A stretch of DNA of 64,000 nt from an uncultured Gemmatimonadales bacterium (GTDB lineage Bacteria; Gemmatimonadota; Gemmatimonadetes; Gemmatimonadales; GWC2-71-9). Below are positions 31,774 through 45,352 of this stretch, one piece after another. The notes beneath the pieces are model-generated. The model was not told the DNA's origin. It worked only from the letters and a program-made list of their open reading frames with translations, and did no database searches. The stretch is from contig CAWJMT010000004.1 of NCBI GenBank assembly GCA_963844035.1, forward strand, positions 32,001 to 96,000, in the 5' to 3' direction. Every line of letters begins with the position of its first letter. The first letter of the stretch is position 1. The translations under genes were made by a program, and so were the position numbers.

Positions 31774-31871
31774 GCGAACCTCAGGGGACGGAGGGAGTGG
31801 AACCGAGCAGCGGGGCTACAGTAGGCCCGGGCCAGGAGCGTGTCAAGCACGCGCGCCGCCCGGGAGGCGCG

Positions 31872-33685
<1,814 letters not shown>

Positions 33686-33689
<4 letters not shown>

Positions 33690-34729
33690 GGCGCTGCCTG
33701 GGCCTCGAGCGCCAACAGGTCGATCACCGGATTCCCCAGGTAGTGGCTGCGCCCGGCACGCACGCGCGCAATCACCTGGATGATGGTGAGGGGTGTGAGC
33801 GACGCAACGAGCGCCCGTTTGGCGTCAGGAATCACCACGTACACAAAGCCACGCTCAGGAAGTGGACCGCGCGCGAGCAGGTACTTCGCGCCGATGGGGA
33901 TTTCGGGGCGCAGCTCGTCGGCTTGTTGGATCGCGATGTACTGCAGGGTCCACCGCACCGACTGCCCGACGAAGCGCTGGGGATCGGTCCGCACCTCGGC
34001 GGCCGTGACGCCCGCCAGCACGCCGGGGCCATCGGTGGCGAGGTCGACGGATTTCACCCATCCCTCGAGCTGCACGCGGCTCCAGTCCCCGGAGCGCGAC
34101 ATCACGCGCAGCGGCGTGGACTGTCCGAGCGTGCCCGCCTCCGGACCTTCCGGCGCGCGGTACAGCGTGGTGCGGCGCCGTGGCTGCGCGCGCGTGGCGT
34201 CCCCCGCACCTGAGTCGGACGCGGCCGGACCGGCCGCTCCAGCACCGGCGGCCGTGTCCGCAACCGGGCTCGCGGCGGCGGCGACCGTCCCCACCGGCTC
34301 GAGCGCGCTGCGTTTCATCCACCCGACGCGCTGCACGTGCACCCAGCGCTTGTCCTCGCCCACCTTGTTGAGCAGGAACCCCTCCGGAAGCTTCGCGACC
34401 AGTGCCCCACTGGGAGCGTCCCGGAGGTTCTCTTCAGGTGCACGGATCACGGCGAGATCCGCACCGGCGCGAGCCGTCACTCCAACCGACGTTGCAAAAA
34501 TCCATCCTTCGAGCGTCACTGCCTGCCAGTCGCCCCGCTCCTCCCCGCTCACCACCTCGGTGCCGACGGCCAGCTGCGCCAGGCGCTTTCCCTCGGGTTG
34601 CTGGTACAACCATTCGCTGTCGCCCGTGACGCGCAGACGCGCCTGCGCGCCGAGCCCATCGCCCGGGACGAACAACCCTGCGACACCGATGACAACTGGA
34701 AGAGCGCGAACGACTTGGCTACATTGCAC
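33686..34729 (-). CDS. Secreted protein with SH3-like repeats (start uncertain)
   Basis: Signal-like N-terminus; repeated GDWQAVTLEGWI / RWVHVQRVGWM / GDWSRVQLEGWV. Confidence 0.7.
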
Positions 34730-34738
34730 CCCTCCAAT

Positions 34739-36281
34739 ATGGCGAAGCGGCGTGGGCAACGCACCCCGGTCGGTCTCATCGTCCTCGACGGCTGGGGGTT
34801 CCGCCCTGGCCGTGTAGGCAATGCGATTGAGCTGGGCGACACTCCCACCTGGCATCGCCTGTGGGAGCGTGCGCCTCGTACCCTGCTCCACGCGTCGGGA
34901 CTCCCCGTCGGCTTACCCGAAGGGCAGATCGGGAACAGCGAAGTCGGGCATCTCAATCTCGGCGCCGGCCGGGTCGTCCCCCAGGACATGGTGCGGATCA
35001 CCCAGGCGATCACGTCGGGTGAATTCCAGCAGCTCCCTCCACTCGTAGATCTCTGCCGCACGCTGCAAAAAAGCGGTGGCACCCTGCACCTGCTCGCGCT
35101 GCTGGGCCGCGGCGGCGTGCACGCGCTCGACACGCATCTGCTGGCGGGAGTTCGCCTCGGCAACGCGTTCGGCGTGCCGGTCGCGATCCACGCCTGGCTT
35201 GATGGGCGCGATACGCCACCGCAAGTCGGGGCTCGGCTTTATGGAGGAGTTGCTTCAGGCGGTCGGGCGGTCAGGCGGTCAGGCGGTCGTGTCGACCCTG
35301 ATCGGGCGCTACTTCGCAATGGACCGCGACAAGCGCTGGGACCGGATCAAGCTTGCCTATGACGCCATGGTGCACGGAGTCGGCGAGCCCGCGGCGGACG
35401 CAGTGAGCGCGATTCGGAGCGCCTACGAAGCCGGTCAAACCGACGAGTTCGTCAAGCCGCGGGTGATCACCGGGGCCCCGCGCATCCGCACCGGGGATGG
35501 CGTGTTCTGCGTCAACTTCCGGGCGGACCGCATGCGGCAGATCGTGCAGGCCCTCGCGGGCGAGGGCTTTGAAGGATTCGACGTGGGGACCCGGCCCACG
35601 GTCCGCCTGGTCACGATGACGCAATACGACCAAACGTTCCCCTTCCCGGCCGCATTCGGCCCCATGGTGCTATCCCGGATCGTCGCCGAGGTGCTCTCGG
35701 AGCGCGGCAAGACTATGTTCCGGACGGCCGAGACCGAGAAATACGCCCATGTGACGTATTTCTTCAACGGCGGCATCGAGCCGCCCTACCCCGGCGAGGA
35801 GCGGCAGCTGGTGCCCTCGCAGAAGGTGGCGACGTACGATCTGCTGCCCGAGATGAGCGCCCCAGGCGTGACGGACGTGTTGTGCGGTGCCATCGAGCGC
35901 GGCGAGCACGACTTCATCCTGTGCAACTACGCCAACGGGGACATGGTCGGGCATTCCGGGGTACTAAGCGCGGCCGTGAAAGCGGTGGAGGCGGTGGATC
36001 GCTGCCTCGCGCGGGTCGTGGCGAGCGCCGAGCGTGCGGGAACCACGTTGCTCATCACGGCCGATCATGGCAATTGCGAGCTGATGATCGATCCGGTAAC
36101 CGATGGTCCGCACACGGCGCACACGACGAATCCGGTGCCGCTGGTAATGGTCGGTGACCAGGCCGCGGGCCCGTTGCGCCACGGCGGCTCGCTGCGCGAC
36201 GTCGGGCCCACCGTGCTCGCGATGCTCGGGCTGGAGCCACCGGCGGAGATGACGGGGCGGGACCTACGAAAGGTGGATTAA
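34739..36281 (+). CDS. gpmI: 2,3-BPG-independent phosphoglycerate mutase (frameshift near 35230)
   Basis: LIVLDGWG, GNSEVGH, LDGRDT, GRYFAMDRD, NFRADR, AETEKYAHVT, DMVGH, TADHGN, HTAHT. Confidence 0.98.
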
Positions 36282-37040
36282 TGGGCGGATGGAAAGTGAG
36301 GCGGGCAGGCGGGAAGGCGGGAAGGCGGGTGGCACCGCGGTTCGCGCTGCGGGCTGCACTCGTGGGCGCGGCGGCGCTACTGACCGCCTTCCCGCCTGCC
36401 CGCCTTTCCGCCCAAATCGGTTATCCCCCAGAGCACTCCCCGTACCGCGACGTCAAACGCGGCCGCTCGCTGATCCTCGGCGGAGGCTACCTGACCGGCG
36501 AGCGCGGGGTCGTCGAACGTGGGACCCTCGGACGGCCCTACCGCGACCGCGCGCTTCGAGGTGTCGTTCGGCAAGCCGCTCGCGTTCTATCTGGAGACGA
36601 CGTATGCGCGGTTGTCCCGCTACATCGCCGATCCGAGCCAGAACGAGGAGGATCACTTCTCCGGGCCGGTCCAGTCCAACGTCGGGATCGTCATGGGCGG
36701 CGTGCATCTCAATATCACGGGGCCGAAGACGTGGCACCATTTTGGCCCGTACATCGGCGGCGCCGCCGGAGTCGTGTTCGCGGACGACCCGCCGGCCGAC
36801 TCGAGCGGGTACAAGTTCTCGGCCAAGGCCATCGTTGGACCGGAAGTGGGCCTCCGCTTGTATCTGAGCCGGCGGTTCGCGGTGCGCACCGAGATGCGCT
36901 GGATGTTCTGGCAGCTGAAATACCCGTCCACCTTTAAGTCGCCGTCGCCGGACGGGAGCCGGATCCTCCCCATCGACGCGGACGATGATGAGTGGACCAG
37001 CCACCCATGGCTCACCGTCATGCTGGCCTGGACGTTGTAG
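36281..37040 (+). CDS. Putative outer-membrane beta-barrel protein (frameshift near 36515)
   Basis: Signal peptide ending LSA-Q; amphipathic strands, PYIGGAAG, C-terminal WTL. Confidence 0.7.
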
Positions 37041-37079
37041 CGGCCGCCCCGCCCCACACCTGACGCGCGTGTCCTCGCG

Positions 37080-37499
37080 ATGCCCATCAGCTACCTTACA
37101 CGCGTCGTAGAGTTCACCGCCACGCACCGGATCCGGCGCGCTGACTGGTCTGACGAGCGCAACAGCCGGGAATTTGGGAACGCCGCCCACGATCACGGGC
37201 ACCGCTATCAGTGCCATGTGACCGTGAAGGGACCACTGGCACCCGAGACGGGCGGCGTGACGAGTCTCATGGCACTCGATGCCCTGCTGGCCGAGGAGAT
37301 CACCGCGCGCTTTGGCGGCAAAGACATCGGCACTGCGGCGCCTCAGTTCGCCGCCGGGGGCTGGCTGGCCACCGGCGAAGCGCTGGCCGTGTACGTGTGG
37401 GGCAGACTCGCCGGCCGACTGCCGGCCGGAGTCACGATGCACGCGGTGCGGATCCAGGAGGACGCCCATCTCTACTCCGAGTACCTCGGCGAGCCCTGA
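37080..37499 (+). CDS. PTPS/QueD-family T-fold protein
   Basis: EFTATHR, HGHRY.CHVTVKG, PETG, TGEALA, VRIQE. Confidence 0.85.
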   Translation: MPISYLTRVVEFTATHRIRRADWSDERNSREFGNAAHDHGHRYQCHVTVKGPLAPETGGVTSLMALDALLAEEITARFGGKDIGTAAPQFAAGGWLATGEALAVYVWGRLAGRLPAGVTMHAVRIQEDAHLYSEYLGEP

Positions 37500-37920
37500 T
37501 CCGCCCGCTGACCTGGAACCGGATGCCCTGCGCGCTCTGCTGCGAGCGGCGAAGACCATCGCCGTCGTCGGGTTGTCACCGGACGCGGAGCGGCCGAGTC
37601 ATCGGGTGGCGTCCTACTTACGCTCGGCAGGATACCGAATCGTCCCGGTGAACCCGATCCACGAGCGCATCCTGGGCGAAGTCAGTTACCCCACTCTCAC
37701 GGCGGCTGCGCAATCCGGCCGCATCGACATCGTCGACGTGTTTCGCCGCAGTGAGTTCGTCGGACCGATCGTGGACGAAGGCGTAGCGCTCAAGCCCGCG
37801 CTCATTTGGCTGCAGCTCGGGGTGCGCGACGCTGCGGCGCGCGCCCGCGCCGCGGCAGCGGGAATCCCGTGCATCATGGATCGCTGTCTCATGGTGGCGC
37901 ACCGCGAGCTACGCGTGTGA
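37500..37920 (+). CDS. CoA-binding protein (YccU-like; start not resolved)
   Basis: TIAVVGLS, RPSHRVASYL, GYRIVPVNP, IDIVDVFRRSE, IWLQLG, MDRC. Confidence 0.9.
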
Positions 37921-38783
37921 CGCGCCGCGCCCGGATGTCCACGCTGGCAGCCGTGACGCTCAGCTGCACCTGGGCGCCATTCATCGCGGCGCAAACCACG
38001 GACGAGCCCAGACTTTTCCTTACCGTGTTTGGGGGGTATCGGATCGGCCAGCCCCTGTGGAGTCTCACGCGGCAGTCCTTCGCTGTACTCGTGCCCGGCA
38101 TGCCGATCTATGACTCCGCCGTCGTGGCCAGCCCCGGCCTGTATGACACCCTCGACCTGCAGCGGGAATTCACGCCCAGCTTTGCGCTCGGGGTTTCGGG
38201 CACGTATTTCTCCGGGCCGCACCTGGGATTCCAGGGCGAGTTCGCGTTCCTCAGCATGGGCCTCGAGAGCCACTGCGCGATCCGCCAGACCCAGCCTCCC
38301 TACCCGGGCGACATCGACCCGCAGCTGTGCGCCTCCCTGGAGCGGCAAACGACCCCGTCGAGCGCCGTGACGATATCGTTCGGGGTGGTCGGGCGTGCGA
38401 CTCCGGGAGGAGGCGTCTACCCATATGCGCGCGCCAACGCGGGCGTGCTAGCGCGCACGCGGAGCGCGATCGAGATGGTCGGGCAGTATTCCACTCCGAG
38501 GGGACCGGCCAGCGCGCTCGTCGTCGCCGACCCGGACCCCGCCAACACGACGTTTCAGCTCACGCTCGGGGCCGGCATCGCGCTGTCCGCGGGGACCGGG
38601 TACCAGGTGTGGATGGAAGGCCGCGACGTTCTGGCCCAGGTCGGCGTGGTGACCGGCTCCGCCGATCCGAGCAGCCCGAGCGGCGTGCTGGTGCCCCCGT
38701 CGGGTACGCGGTTCGTGCACAACTACATGTTCGTGATCGGACTGGACGTCGTGTTCGAGAAGCAGCGCCGCCGCCGTTATTGA
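37917..38783 (+). CDS. Putative outer-membrane beta-barrel protein
   Basis: Signal-like N-terminus, alternating strands, VYPYARANAG, a Cys pair, C-terminal RRRRY. Confidence 0.65.
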   Translation: MTRRARMSTLAAVTLSCTWAPFIAAQTTDEPRLFLTVFGGYRIGQPLWSLTRQSFAVLVPGMPIYDSAVVASPGLYDTLDLQREFTPSFALGVSGTYFSGPHLGFQGEFAFLSMGLESHCAIRQTQPPYPGDIDPQLCASLERQTTPSSAVTISFGVVGRATPGGGVYPYARANAGVLARTRSAIEMVGQYSTPRGPASALVVADPDPANTTFQLTLGAGIALSAGTGYQVWMEGRDVLAQVGVVTGSADPSSPSGVLVPPSGTRFVHNYMFVIGLDVVFEKQRRRRY

Positions 38784-38786
38784 CCG

Positions 38787-39627
38787 ATGATACGCGTTCA
38801 CGCCGACCCAAAGCTCGCCCGTGCGCTGCGGATCTCAAGCGCGATCGTCCTCGTGGCCCTCGTGTACTGGTCGAGCGGCCACACACCCCCCAGCGTGCGC
38901 CTTGGGATCCTGTACATCGTGCCCGTGCTGCTCGTCACCTGGCACGACGGCCTCAGCTGGGGTGTCGCGTTCGCCGTCGGTACCGGCGTGCTGCGCTTCA
39001 TGACCGGCCTCGAAAAACTGCCCCCCGACACATCAATGCACCGTTCGCCTCGTGAATGAGGCGGCGTTCCAGACCGTCCTGATCGTAGCGATGGCCGGGA
39101 TCGCGAAGCTGCAGCACACCCAGGCGAAGCTGGAGCAGCTCGCGACCCAGGATCCGCTCACCGGCGCGCTGAACGCACGCTCCTTTGTGGAACGGTTGGC
39201 GCAGGAGCTCGAGCGGATCCGACGCTACAGCCGTCCGCTCGCGTTGCTCTACCTCGATCTCGACGACTTCAAGGTCGTGAACGACCGGCACGGCCATCAG
39301 ACCGGCGACGCCGTGCTGCGGCTGGTCGCGAACGCGACGCGGCGTGCGATTCGGCAGTCGGACGTCGTCGGCCGGCTTGGGGGCGATGAATTCGGCGTGC
39401 TGATGCCCGAGACCGACAGCGTCGTCGCCGAGGCGGCGGCGACCCGGCTCGCAGCCGGAATCCGCTCCGTGTTCCAGGGCACACCCTCGGTGACGGCCAG
39501 TATCGGTCTCGTCTCTACCATCAACGCCGCCTCCCTCGGAGCGGAAGAGCTGCTGCGCCGGGCCGACAAGGCGATGTACGAAGCGAAGCGCACCGGCAAG
39601 GACCGCGTCGTGCAGGTCGCGATCTGA
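38787..39627 (+). CDS. Membrane-bound diguanylate cyclase (frameshift near 39035)
   Basis: N-terminal TM segments; DPLTGALN, DLDDFKVVND, GHQTGD, RQSD I-site, GGDEF, ADKAMYEAK. Confidence 0.92.
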
Positions 39628-40286
39628 TGGGCGCGGCGACCGCGCTCATGCTGCCCCCGCTCAAGGAAGTGCTGCTCATCTTCACGTCGGTCCTGTTCAT
39701 CGTGGACCCGTTCGCCGCGGTCCCGAGCTTTCTCGCCATGACCGAGCACGATACCCCATCGGCGCGCCGCTCCATGGCGCGGCGCGGCGCCTGGACCTGT
39801 GCCGTCACTCTGACGCTGTTCGCGCTCGGCGGGAGCCTCATCTTCACACTGTTCGGGATTACGCTCGGTGCATTCAAGATCGCCGGCGGCGTGCTGATCG
39901 GACTGAACGCCATCGACATGGTGCAAGCGCGCCGCAGCCAGCAACAGGAAACTCCATTGGAGCGCGCCGAGGGCACCCTCAAGGAGGACATCGGGATCAT
40001 TCCGCTCGGCCTCCCGATGCTCGCCGGCCCCGGGGCCATCTCGACCGTGATGGTGCTCGCGGGCCAGTCCACCAGGACGGTCACCACCTTCGCCGTCTAC
40101 GGCGCGATCGCCCTGACTGCCTTCGTTTCGTTTCTGACCCTCGCCACCGCCACCCTCGTGGAACAGCGGTTGGGCCAGACGGGAATGCGCATCCTCACGC
40201 GCTGTATGGGTCTGGTGCTGTGCGCGATTGCCGTGCAGTTCATCGTGGACGGGATCAAGATGTCGGGGCTCGCCGGCACGCCGTGA
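39627..40286 (+). CDS. MarC family membrane protein
   Basis: LFIVDPF, FKIAGG, IPLGLPMLAGPGAISTV, TRCMGLVL. Confidence 0.93.
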   Translation: MGAATALMLPPLKEVLLIFTSVLFIVDPFAAVPSFLAMTEHDTPSARRSMARRGAWTCAVTLTLFALGGSLIFTLFGITLGAFKIAGGVLIGLNAIDMVQARRSQQQETPLERAEGTLKEDIGIIPLGLPMLAGPGAISTVMVLAGQSTRTVTTFAVYGAIALTAFVSFLTLATATLVEQRLGQTGMRILTRCMGLVLCAIAVQFIVDGIKMSGLAGTP

Positions 40287-41531
40287 TTCGCGTCGCCGCC
40301 CTCGCCCTCAGCGTGGCGTGGGCACCCCTGACGTGGCTCGCCGCACAGCACGCGCCCACGGCCCAGCTGTCCGGCCAGGGGATCCTCATCTACACGCACG
40401 TCGATCCGATTCCGGGAGGGGGCACCCTCGGCGAGGCGCGGTTGGTGCAGCCGATCGTCATGCTCGACGTGGCCGCACTCCAGCGCCGACTGCTGCTTCA
40501 TGTCTCAGCCGACTTCGAGGGGTGGACGCTCGCGAACGGCGAGCTCGCGCCGGGCGTCTGGGGAGAGGGCTACGTCGATCGGCGCCACCCGCACACGTAC
40601 CTCCACGAGCTGATGTTGACCTGGCCCGACGCCTTGGGCCGGCTCGACGGCAGCGCACGCACCACGCTCAGCGCCGGCAAGGGATTCGTGCCCTTCGGGA
40701 GCGACGACCCGATGAGCCGCCCCATCGAGCGGTTTCCCGTGAACCACCACTTGAGCCAGATCCTCGAGCGCGCGGTGGCGATCGTTGCCGTCGATGCAGG
40801 TCCCGCGACGTTCGAGGCCTCGTTGTTCAACGGCGATGAGCCGACGAGCCCGAGCGATTGGCCCGATCTCAGCCGGTTCGGGGATTCCTGGGCCGTGCGC
40901 CTCACCCTCCGCCCGGCGTCGGGGCTCGAGGGACAGGTCTCCACCGCCCTGGTCCACTCCCCGGAACACGAGGGCGGGGCGGGACCGGACGCCCGGAAAT
41001 GGAGCACCTCGTTCCGGGCCGACCGCCCGATCGGCAGCGCCAGGTTCTATGGGTTGGCGGAGTGGGCCCGCACTTCGGAGGCAGACGGGGCGTTCGTGTT
41101 TCACAGCGTGCTCCTCGAAGCCGCCCTCACGCACGGGGCGCCACCATCCCTACTACCGCTTCGAGCGCACCGAGCGCCCCGAGGAGACCCGCACGGCCGA
41201 CGACCCGTTCCGCACCGTCCGCCCCCCGCTCGACAATTCCCTGCTCGGCATCACGCGCTGGTCCATTCACACCGCGGGATACGGCGTGCGGCTGGGCACC
41301 GCCGTACGGCGCCTCACGCTCGAGCCGTTCGTGGAGGTCTCGTTCGGCCGGATCGCCACGGTTGGCGAGGGGTTCTTCGACCCGGTGGCCGTGTACGGGA
41401 GCGATACGTTTCGATCGGTGAGCATCGGACTGTGGCTCGACTGGGGCATGCGGGGACACCGTATGGGCCGCTACGGGGTTCCAATGGATATGCCGGACAT
41501 GCCCATGCACATGAGCCACCGTGCGCGCTGA
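40283..41531 (+). CDS. Putative outer-membrane protein with Met/His-rich C-terminus (frameshift near 41135)
   Basis: Signal peptide; VDRRHPHTYLHELM; NHHLSQ; EASLFNGDEP; DSWAVRL; tail MDMPDMPMHMSH. Confidence 0.7.
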
Positions 41532-42698
41532 GCGCCGTCTCCGCCTCGGCGCGGCCGCCTTGGTCGCGGCATGCGTCGCCTGCGACAACGCGGACACCGG
41601 GCCGACCCAAGGCACCCCGTCATCCGGGGTCGTGCTCGTCGCCAGCGTGCCCATTCCCGCCAACTACGGCATCCACGACACCTTCATACGCGACGGACTG
41701 GCGTTCGTGTGTGCCTGGAATACGGGGGTCATGATCTTCGACGTGGGGAACGGCATCGCGGGGGGAAGCCCAGCCAATCCGAAGTTGATCAGCACATACG
41801 CGACCGTCGGGGGCCAGGCCCACAACGCGTGGTGGTTCTGGAATCCGCACACGAGTGAGAAGAAGTACCTCTTTGTCGGGCAGGAAGGACCGGCCAGCGG
41901 CTTGAGCTCCTCCTCGGGAGACATTCATGTCGTCGATGTGTCGGACCTCGCGCATCCCAGCGAGGTCGCCTCGTTCCATCTGGACGGCGCCGGCACGCAC
42001 AACTTCTGGATGGACGAGGACGCGCAGATCCTGTACGCCGCCTACTACAACCAGGGCGTCATCGCGCTCGACGTCTCAGGCACGCTGCTCGGCGACCTGT
42101 CGACCCGGTTGATCGACAGCATCAGGCCGGGCGGCGTCGGGAGCACCTATACGTGGGGCGTGCAGCTCCAGGGATCGCTGTACGCCGTCGACATGCTGAG
42201 CGGCTTCTGGCAGCTCCATCTGGCTGGCGGGAAGTTCAGCGTGCTCGGCGGCGGGAACAACGTGCCCGAGCGGTACGGCTCGGATCTCGCGGTCGGGACG
42301 AACGGGTTCGCCTACACCGGCACCTGGGGGACCAGAGCCGGGAATCCGCCGGCAACGCCGTCAAGATTTGGAGGCTCGATTCGTCAGGAGCGCCGATCCT
42401 GGCGGACTCCATCATCATTCCGGCTATCAGCACGGTGAGCGACATCAAGGTGAGCCCGGACGGCAAGCTCTTGATGTTCACCGCGGAGCGTGGCGCGAAC
42501 GCCGGGTTCTGGTTCTACAGCCTCGCCAATCCCGCGAAGCCGTCGTACGCCGGGCAGTATCTGGTGCCGACCAGCTCGGGTGGCATTCATACCGGGAAAT
42601 TTGCCACCATCGGCGGAAGGCTGTATGCGTTCGGTGCCCAGGACCCGACCCCCGGGTCCGCACTGGTGATCCTCGACGTCACCGCGATCGACCAGTAG
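41521..42698 (+). CDS. LVIVD-repeat lipoprotein (frameshift near 42345)
   Basis: Lipobox VAC; repeats GVMIFDV..PANP, IHVVDVSDLAHP, GVIALDVS, LVILDVT; HDT/HNA/HNF motifs. Confidence 0.82.
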
Positions 42699-42707
42699 GC
42701 CGCCGGC

Positions 42708-44358
42708 TCACATCCGCCGGTACTTCGGCCCGCTCCCGCCCTCCCTCGGCATCCAGCGCGGCCCTAACACGTCCGTCGCCTTGCAGTCGATACAGTTCGG
42801 TGCGTTGATCCGCAGTGTTCCCGTCCGCTACCTCGTACACACCGGCCGGACACAGGTGGGCGTAGAACTGCGCCACGTCCGCGGGGATGTCCTTTCCCAC
42901 GATGAGATGCGTGGGGATCGTGTCCCGGGTGGCGTTCCCCGATTTGAATACCGCGTCGAGCTTCGAGAAGGTGAGACGCCCGTCGGGCGCGAATGGCCCC
43001 GGGCTCACGCCCGGGGCTACTCGGCGCGGGACGTCGGCATCCGCGCTCCATCGCGATCTTCCCACCCGGAAACCGGCCGCCGGTCAGTGACATCAGCCCC
43101 GCCTTCACGCCTCCCACGTAGAAACCGTCCTTGAACGCGAGCCGCATGTTGCGGGTCCGGTACAGGTCCTTCATGATGAACGATTCGTTCACCATCCGGT
43201 CGTACTGCTGCGAGCCGCGCCGCGGAGAGATCGTCCGCGCCGAGCGCCGCATGGATCGCGCGCGCGGCGAACATTCCCGACTGCATGGCGTAGTGAATTC
43301 CCTTGAGTGACGGGACATCCACAAAGCCCGCGGAATCCCCCAGGACCACGACCCCGTCCCCGAGCGGCGCGCGGGCACCGAGTAGAAGCCGCCCTCGGGA
43401 ATCGTCTTCGCACCCCACTCGACCATCGTTCCGCCCTCGAGGTACTGCCGGAACAGCGGGTGCAGCTTCATCCGCTGCAGCAGCACGTGCACGTCGAGGT
43501 CGCGGTCCCTGTAGTCCAGCCCCACCACCAGGCCCGAGCGCCACCAGATTCGGCTCGAGCGGATACATGAAGCTGCCGCCGAACGCATCGGTCGGGAGCG
43601 GCCAGCCGAGTGTGTGCACGACGGTGTCGAGCGGCTTCTGTGGTCTCCCAAATTTCCTTGACGCCAAGGGCAAATATCTGCGGATTCTGGGACGGCACCT
43701 GCTGCCACTCGCCCCACGCCTGCGCGAGCATCCCCCGCGTCCCCTCGGCGAGCGCCGTGACGCGTGCCACGAGATCGGTCGGTGGCTGGGAATTGGCCAA
43801 CGGCTTCCCATCGCGGTCGAGCCCGCTCGCGGCGGTGCGTACGCCCGCCACCCGCTTCCCGCTCACGAGCAGGCTCGAGGCCGGGAATCCGGGGAACACG
43901 TTCACACCCAGCGCCTCTGCCTTGGCCCCGAGCCAGGCCACGATCTCGCACAGCGAGGCGACGTAGTGACCGTGGTTGTGCATCGTCGGGGGCACTGGCA
44001 GACGCAGTCGGCCGTCAGCAGTCAGGAGATACACGGCTTCTTTGCCGACGGGGCCGCGGAACGGGAAATCCGCGTCGTTCAGGTCGGGGAACAGCTCGCG
44101 AAACGCGCGCGGATTGACGACCGCTCCGGACAGCGAGTGCTCGCCCAGCGCTGCCGCCTTCTCGAGCACGCCGATGTTGAGCTCGTTGCCGTCGCGCCGC
44201 GCGAGTTGAGCCAGCTCGATGGCGCATGCCAGCCCTGCCGGCCCGGCGCCGACGATCAGGACGTCGAGGTCCATCCGCTCGCCCGCACCTGGTGCGCCGA
44301 CCGGCACCAGGAGCCGATCGAGCGGCAGGGGCGGCTGGTAGGTTGCGGGGAGGATCAT
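42708..44358 (-). CDS. ETF:quinone oxidoreductase (FixC + FixX-like fusion; several frameshifts)
   Basis: [68 protein letters not shown]. Confidence 0.92.
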
Positions 44359-45352
44359 GACGAAATGGCCAGAGTCTTCTTTATCTCCTCGGTGAGCCGT
44401 CGGCACGATTTCGAACAGGTCCCCCACGATCCCGTAGTCCGCCACCTTGAAGATCGGGGCGTCTTTGTCGCGATTGACGGCCACGATCACCTTGGCGGTG
44501 CGCATGCCGGCGAGGTGCTGGATCGCGCCGGAGATACCGACCGCGACATAGAGCGTGGGACTGACGGTCTTCCCCGTCTGTCCCACCTGGTCGGCGTGCG
44601 GGCGCCAGCCGGCGTCGACCACGGCGCGCGACGCGCCCACCGCGGCCTTGCCCCCGAACGCGCGGGCCAGCTCTTCCAGCAGCGCGAAGTTCGCCGGCTC
44701 CTTGAGACCCCGCCCGCCCGACACGACGATCGGCGCCTCCCCCACATCGAGCGCACCCTGCGCCGCGGCCTTCACCTCCCGCACGACGACTCGCCCGACC
44801 GTCCGCGCTCGCCGAGCGTCGGGGACTCGACGGTGCCCGCTCGCGGCCGCTCCACCGGCGTAAACACACTGGGTCGCAGCGACACCACGGCGGGGCTGGC
44901 GGTGATCTTGATCTTGAGCAGCGCCTTCCCCGCATACACCGGACGCGTGGCGACGACGGCCCCTCCCTCCCACCCGAGGTCGGTGACTTCGCCCGCCAGC
45001 GGGACGCCGAGCTGCGCCGCGACCCGTGGAGCGAGATCACGTCCCGGTCGCACTCGCGGGAAAGAGCACCGCCGCATGCTTGCCGGCTCTTCGCGAACGC
45101 AGTGACCGTGCGGGCGTAGCCTTCCGGTGCGTAGCGTTGGAACGCGGCGTGTTTGAGCACGATCACCGCGGTCGGCGCCGAAACGACCCACATCTTCCAG
45201 CCCCTTCATTGGCCCCTCGGCGCGCGAGCACGAGCGCGTCCACGGTGCCGCCGAGTGGCGTCCGCGAGGCGTCGCGCTGCCGTCACGACTTCGAGCGACA
45301 CGTTGCGCAGCGTGCCGTCTCGCTGCTCGAGCACCGCGAGGACCGCGCTCAC
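44355..45352 (-). CDS. etfA: Electron transfer flavoprotein alpha subunit (multiple frameshifts)
   Basis: [49 protein letters not shown]. Confidence 0.95.
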
